Shown: in pieces, positions 15,691 through 20,000 of the stretch | How the letters are laid out: each line of letters opens with the position of its first letter | Position numbering within the stretch: position 1 is the first letter of the stretch | From: an uncultured virus (IMG/VR IMGVR_UViG_3300027278_000011) | Taxonomy: Duplodnaviria; Heunggongvirae; Uroviricota; Caudoviricetes; Schitoviridae | Length of the DNA stretch: 20,000 bases | Virus record (IMG/VR): IMGVR_UViG_3300027278_000011 | Strand: one strand, 5' to 3' | Made by a program: the position numbers and the translations under genes | The notes under the pieces: model-generated | Database searches by the model: none | What the model saw: only the letters and a program-made list of their open reading frames with translations | Told to the model about the DNA's origin: nothing

Positions 15691-18117
15691 TTATTTGAGG
15701 AGTTGATAAACAAGCTCACAAGCAACTTCTTGTTGCTCAGAACCAGGAGAAGAACGGGATAGTGCGGTTTCAAGTTGATGGTGGTCGAGGAATTTCCACC
15801 AAACAGACTTTTCCATCTTGCGTTTGAGTTCATCAAACTTTTTGGACTTACCTACCTTTTCCGCCAGAGCGAAACTTTTGGGAAAGCGGTTTTTTACTTC
15901 ATTATCACGGAAATGACGTGCTTCACTGGCGTAAAACGTCAGTAACATTGCGGTTTCAGTAGAAATACTGAAACGAAGTCCCAGACGTTTCATCAGATCT
16001 TCGTGTACGACCATATTGTTCAGAAGTTTTCCTGGTATATCCCACGAACCACTTTCAGCACCTTGCGAAGCAAATGCGATGTAGCGAGGGAAATCAGGAG
16101 ATACAACAAGTTTTTCGTCCACGAAATTGTTGACCAGAGTAGTCACGTTGGGGACCCCTTTTACTTTCAGAGCTTCAGCTTGTGGGGTGGTTACAACTGC
16201 AACTTGTTCGCCAAGTTCTTTGACGATCAACTTGCATTCAGCTTCAGACAGACGATTGAAAGTGCTGGCACCTTCACTCTTATTTTTCAGGATTACCCAG
16301 GCAACCGGATCAGTTACACCACCATCTGCTGGTGTGTTTTCCCGAGCAGTAGTCAGCAAGAACTCCTTGCCATCGTAGGAAGCAGCCAGAGTGGGATAGC
16401 CTTTACGTTTGACCGTGGGCTTCTTTGGCTCAACAACAGTGTTGGGATCTGCTGGAAGCAGGGAAACTTCTACTGGTTCAGGAATGCTTACCGTAACTTT
16501 GTAGCCCTGAGCTGCGAAGAACTCTTCAGCTTGTTCAGCATGTCCTTTCTTGGTGGTTGCCAGATAGACTATAAAACCCTGACAATTTCCCTGATTATGG
16601 TAAAACCACTCATCAGCAGCTTTTTTGCTTCGAGTAATTAGTACACGGCGATCTATGTAACCTAATGCTTGCCACATGTAGCGCATATCTAATTTTGCGA
16701 AACTGACTAAATCTGGCGAACCGTGGTATGCACAGGTGAACAGCACACGCTCGTACTTGAGCATTGCATGATCTTTAAGTGCCAACTTCAATGGTGCGGC
16801 AATAAAGCGACCAATCAGAGCAGTAGTCCATGACTGTACACGTTTTTCATTGTGATACCGGCCAGGATTTCTAGGCTGTTCCACTATCTTCAAGGCAGCT
16901 TTTGCAAACTTACCAATAAAGTCAGTTTGCTTGGACAACTTGTACAGTCGTTTACGGCGAGCACTGTTTTCAGACAGCACTTTGTCCACAGACTTCATTC
17001 TGAAGTTCAGGACAGCTTTACGCATGCTGTACGCATAGTCTGTTTTGTTTTCATTGAGGCCGCGCACTGCAAGCTCAATACCCAAACCAGTTCTCATTAT
17101 ACGAGAAGTAGTTTGTTCGGCAGTTTCTTCACGAATTACTTTGTTGCCTTCCCGACAGCAGATTTGGGCAACAGTTTGAGCACCTGCGCGAACTTCCTCT
17201 GGACAGTACATACTCAGTAGTTCAGAGATAGTCTTAACAGTGCCCTCAGTAAGAATTAGTGCTTCTCGACTGGGGGCAATCGAAATGCTGTCCGGAGGAG
17301 CCATGAAGATAAAATTGCTATTCCCCTCCAGATTGTTGTTGATCTCCCGGCGAAGGAACTCCCATTGCTCAGCGTAGGCTTCGTGCTTGGGGATGGGGTA
17401 GACCACATTGCCGTAACGCAGGTTTACGTGATTGGCAATGAGTGGTCGCAGGGTGCTGATCACATAGCCATTGGGGCTTTCTTCCAACGGCAGGGTGGGG
17501 CGAGGTTCCTCACCATTGATGCTGGCCAGGATCTCACCGAAGTAGAGCACGTTGGCCACTTTCGGCTGCAATGACAGGATCATCGAAGGATCGAGCAGAA
17601 CCTTGACAGTGATACCCGTTTCTTCAGTCGGTAGTTGCACGATGGTAGCAATAGAAGGCTTGCCACCCCGTTCCATCGAAGACTTCGACACACGGTAGAT
17701 CGACTTGATACCACCGTTGCAGGAGATGACTTCGAAGTTGTCGGTGCAGGCAAAGGGTGCCTTACTGCCCAAACCGAAACCGCCAGTGGTGGTGGAATCG
17801 TCACGTTTGGTGGAGTCACCATAGGTGCCATAGATCTGGCCGATCTTGTCGTGGGGAATGCCGGAACCGAAGTCCTGCACACTGAATACGTTGTCCCGCA
17901 GAGTGATCTGCAGTGGCACGTCAGTCTTGTTTGCATTGATGTGGGCATCCCAACCATTGCAGATGACTTCCCGCACCATAGCGAGATCAGGGAAGGTGTA
18001 CAGGGTGGCGGACAGAATGTGCATCAGGGCTGCACTGTCGCTCATGCCCATCGAAACCACTTCTTGCTGACCAATAACTGCGTGAGTGATGTGGTCTGCG
18101 GTTTGGCTGACTTGCAT
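15691..18117 (-). CDS. rIIA: rIIA-like protein with N-terminal GHKL ATPase domain
   Basis: VREVICNGWDA, VQDFGSGI, YGDSTK, GGFGLGSKAPF, ETGITV and ISIAPSREAL motifs; AAGGAG SD. Confidence 0.9.
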   Translation of the reverse strand: MQVSQTADHITHAVIGQQEVVSMGMSDSAALMHILSATLYTFPDLAMVREVICNGWDAHINANKTDVPLQITLRDNVFSVQDFGSGIPHDKIGQIYGTYGDSTKRDDSTTTGGFGLGSKAPFACTDNFEVISCNGGIKSIYRVSKSSMERGGKPSIATIVQLPTEETGITVKVLLDPSMILSLQPKVANVLYFGEILASINGEEPRPTLPLEESPNGYVISTLRPLIANHVNLRYGNVVYPIPKHEAYAEQWEFLRREINNNLEGNSNFIFMAPPDSISIAPSREALILTEGTVKTISELLSMYCPEEVRAGAQTVAQICCREGNKVIREETAEQTTSRIMRTGLGIELAVRGLNENKTDYAYSMRKAVLNFRMKSVDKVLSENSARRKRLYKLSKQTDFIGKFAKAALKIVEQPRNPGRYHNEKRVQSWTTALIGRFIAAPLKLALKDHAMLKYERVLFTCAYHGSPDLVSFAKLDMRYMWQALGYIDRRVLITRSKKAADEWFYHNQGNCQGFIVYLATTKKGHAEQAEEFFAAQGYKVTVSIPEPVEVSLLPADPNTVVEPKKPTVKRKGYPTLAASYDGKEFLLTTARENTPADGGVTDPVAWVILKNKSEGASTFNRLSEAECKLIVKELGEQVAVVTTPQAEALKVKGVPNVTTLVNNFVDEKLVVSPDFPRYIAFASQGAESGSWDIPGKLLNNMVVHEDLMKRLGLRFSISTETAMLLTFYASEARHFRDNEVKNRFPKSFALAEKVGKSKKFDELKRKMEKSVWWKFLDHHQLETALSRSSPGSEQQEVACELVYQLLK

Positions 18118-18154
18118 GTGTTGCTCCTTGGTTCAGGGGAAGGGTTCAGTTCAT

Positions 18155-18183
18155 AAAAAAGCCCCACCATTTCTGGCAGGGCT
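18155..18183 (-). terminator. Intrinsic terminator after thyX
   Basis: Minus strand AGCCCTGCCA-GAAA-TGGTGGGGCT-TTTTT with a GNRA tetraloop. Confidence 0.85.
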
Positions 18184-18204
18184 TGTCACCACAAAAAGGG
18201 CTGA

Positions 18205-18990
18205 TTAGACCTTTTCGTAGTCAAATTTCACTTCTTCGATGCCGTTTACCACTTCGGTACGACCGTCAGCGTAAATGGCTGGATAGCGTTCCAGCATCGC
18301 ATAGAAGACAGGTACGAAAGCCTTGCGTACTTCTTCTTCAGCATGGCGGTCAGTCCGCATCTGAATGATGTGGCGCATAGCCCGGTGATTGGCAGAGAAG
18401 AAGATTGCATTGGCTCGACCTTCAGGAAGGACACGACGCAATGCCGAAGTCATCTTCTTCTTCCAGTCGAAGTCAGTGGTGTCATTGATACCAGACAGCA
18501 CTACCAGTTTGGTGTACTGGTTTTCGATGTTTTCCGCAGCTTCAATAAAGCCAGCCAGTAGCTCTGGGTTTTCTTTGATGATGTCTGGGATGTACATGCC
18601 CAGCTCACGACGAACGTAGCGACCGGATTCTTGAGAGAACGCAGTGCCGTCACCGTGACGCACCAGTTCATGGGTAAGGACACGGGACACGTCCAACAGA
18701 ACCAGGTTGACCACCGTATGCTCCAGCACAGAGCCATGCTTGGTGGCAATGATGCCTTGCTGCAGGTAGTCGTGGTTGTTGCGGGTGCCGGTACGGGTCA
18801 GGTTGGCATTGAGATCGGTGTCGAAGCTCATGTAGCAGAGCTTGCCTGCCATTTCCGACAGCAGCTCGGTTTCCGAGACTGCATCGGTGCCCCATTCAGG
18901 CACGCCCAGATGTTCCAGCATGCCATCAATGCCTGCAGCAATGGCAGCAGTTTCACCGACGATGAATACTTTGGGGGATACGATTTTCAC
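18205..18990 (-). CDS. thyX: Flavin-dependent thymidylate synthase ThyX (Thy1)
   Basis: AGKLCYMS, HGSVLEH, SRVLTHELVRH...FSQESGRY, RRVLP, NHRAMRHIIQMR and HAEEEVR motifs; GTG start with GGAG SD. Confidence 0.92.
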   Translation of the reverse strand: MKIVSPKVFIVGETAAIAAGIDGMLEHLGVPEWGTDAVSETELLSEMAGKLCYMSFDTDLNANLTRTGTRNNHDYLQQGIIATKHGSVLEHTVVNLVLLDVSRVLTHELVRHGDGTAFSQESGRYVRRELGMYIPDIIKENPELLAGFIEAAENIENQYTKLVVLSGINDTTDFDWKKKMTSALRRVLPEGRANAIFFSANHRAMRHIIQMRTDRHAEEEVRKAFVPVFYAMLERYPAIYADGRTEVVNGIEEVKFDYEKV

Positions 18991-19020
18991 TTGGTACTCC
19001 AGGGTTGTGTTAGACCAAAG

Positions 19021-19048
19021 AAAAAGCCCCTACTGAGAGGGGCTTTTT
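19021..19048. terminator. Intrinsic terminator, potentially bidirectional
   Basis: AAAAAGCCCCT-ACTGAG-AGGGGCTTTTT. Confidence 0.88.
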
Positions 19049-19063
19049 CGCGCAGGGGTGCTA

Positions 19064-19372
19064 TTAAGTCAGGCTGAGCTGACTCGTGCCATTCTGATTC
19101 CAGCCTTGGAAGTCATCGGCACTGGCTTGCAGATAACCATGACTGTCACGGCGGAGACCGGCACCGAGCGAGCCTACCGAAGGGCAATCCGACAGCATCG
19201 CATGGACGGCGGCGAACTTTGCCATGTCGGCGCCGTAAGCACCAGCATCTTCGAAGGCGTAGGCGACGGAGTGGTAGAAGAGCGGTTTGTCCGCAGCCAG
19301 TGCCAGGGCACCGAAACCGAACAGGGCGAGGGCACTGATAAACAGGCCGGAGAAGAAGCGAGAGATTCGCAT
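19064..19372 (-). CDS. Hypothetical exported protein with Sec-type signal peptide
   Basis: MRISR (n-region), FFSGLFISALALFGFG (h-region), ALA|A cleavage site; AAGGA SD; followed by a terminator. Confidence 0.7.
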   Translation of the reverse strand: MRISRFFSGLFISALALFGFGALALAADKPLFYHSVAYAFEDAGAYGADMAKFAAVHAMLSDCPSVGSLGAGLRRDSHGYLQASADDFQGWNQNGTSQLSLT

Positions 19373-19420
19373 GATGGCATTTCCTTTCGTTGGGTTTTGA
19401 GTACAGCAGGCATTCGCAAT

Positions 19421-19585
19421 TTAACTGCGGTTGGATTGTTCAGCAACCTCTTCCACAGCTTTCATTGGCGAAATCTTGGGATTGTAGAGCTTGGCAGCGT
19501 AGACCCAGGATTCTTTCCAAGTCCACATACCAGCCCAACACCAAACAATCAGGGTGCATCTCCAGATCCAGAAGAGTCTTCGCAT
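19421..19585 (-). CDS. Trp-rich 54-aa hypothetical protein
   Basis: MRRLFWIWRCTLIVWCWAGMWTWKESWVYAAKLYNPKISPMKAVEEVAEQSNRS, with GGAGG 7 nt before the ATG at 19585. Confidence 0.55.
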   Translation of the reverse strand: MRRLFWIWRCTLIVWCWAGMWTWKESWVYAAKLYNPKISPMKAVEEVAEQSNRS

Positions 19586-19749
19586 TCTTCTTCCTCCAGG
19601 CTGCAAGATCCTTCACAGGTATTGCAGTAACTTGCATCGTAGCAAGCATGCAATACCCAAGTTTGTTCTTCCACAGACCATTCTGCGAAAGCATCTTTTA
19701 ACACTTCTGTGCTCTTACAATAAGAGCAGACTTTGCGAACTTTCGGCAT
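19549..19749 (-). CDS. 66-aa zinc-ribbon-like protein
   Basis: CSYC ... CNTC pairs and an acidic tail; starts 2 nt after the previous stop. Confidence 0.72.
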   Translation of the reverse strand: MPKVRKVCSYCKSTEVLKDAFAEWSVEEQTWVLHACYDASYCNTCEGSCSLEEEECEDSSGSGDAP

Positions 19750-19751
19750 GG

Positions 19752-19901
19752 TTATTTTTCCTGTGGAGCGATCACTTTGCCATAGCGGTAACGGATCGTC
19801 CCGCTACCGGCACAGCTTGGGCATTTAGGGGATACGTTCGCCCAGCCTCGGCAATCCGGGCAAGGGCGATAGAGAGTTTCAGCTTTGGAAGGGCAGCGCA
19901 T
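19752..19901 (-). CDS. 49-aa DnaJ-type zinc-finger-like protein
   Basis: CPDCRG ... CPSCAGSG; AGGAG SD before the ATG at 19901. Confidence 0.65.
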   Translation of the reverse strand: MRCPSKAETLYRPCPDCRGWANVSPKCPSCAGSGTIRYRYGKVIAPQEK

Positions 19902-19909
19902 AGCAACTC

Positions 19910-20000
19910 CTAGAATGGAGAAGGCACTAGCTCCTCCATTGATGATATTGGATGGAAGTGAACGTACCGTTCTTTTTTGGTATATCCACATTTCTTACAG
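19910..20000 (-). CDS. C-terminal fragment of a Cys-containing small protein (truncated at the right edge)
   Basis: Manual translation ...CKKCGYTKKERYVHFHPISSMEELVPSPF*. Its TAG overlaps the SD of the next gene. Confidence 0.5.
   Translation of the reverse strand, partial: CKKCGYTKKERYVHFHPISSMEELVPSPF

Noticed and set aside
11254..18135. Identical TGAACCAAGGAG upstream of the polymerase (11254-11265) and rIIA (18124-18135)
   Set aside because: Half of it is the Shine-Dalgarno sequence, and in one copy the TGA is the upstream stop codon. Too little independent information to call a promoter or operator.
19440..19694. Alternative 84-aa - strand ORF
   Set aside because: Overlaps two better-supported ORFs (19549-19749 and 19421-19585) and lacks a well-spaced SD.
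1..20000. CRISPR arrays, tRNAs, integrase/transposase, reverse transcriptase, stop-codon recoding
   Set aside because: None seen. Intergenic gaps are short and mostly occupied by hairpins and SDs. TAA, TAG and TGA all terminate full-length conserved genes under the standard code.

Overview
This window is the middle (DNA replication) region of a lytic N4-like phage genome (Schitoviridae-type), judged from gene content and order. The 3' end of the giant virion RNA polymerase gene runs on the + strand (1-1496, truncated at the left edge). It meets the - strand middle block head-on at a bidirectional terminator. Read right to left, the - strand carries: several tiny Cys-rich or Trp-rich ORFs, a signal-peptide protein, thyX, rIIA, rIIB, an HTH protein, a MazG-like NTP pyrophosphohydrolase, a Dda-like SF1 helicase, an N4 gp38-position protein, a family A DNA polymerase, an unexpected BppU/LtfC-like beta-rich protein, two small ORFs (one DUF3310-like), a PD-(D/E)XK exonuclease, an ATPase-AEP primase, a Sak4-like ATPase, SSB, a RuvC-like resolvase, an acidic 142-aa protein and a 58-aa membrane ORF missed by the ORF track. 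The architecture is largely canonical for N4-like phages, and I see no clearly new multi-gene system. The best leads are: an APRKSLF peptide shared by SSB and the 142-aa protein in different synonymous codons; two hairpins with an identical 12-nt motif bracketing the exonuclease-primase pair; a low-GC tract spanning most of rIIA; a structural-type gene right after the polymerase; and a ThyX with RHG instead of RHR. All calls come from motif reading and recalled family knowledge; no database searches were run.
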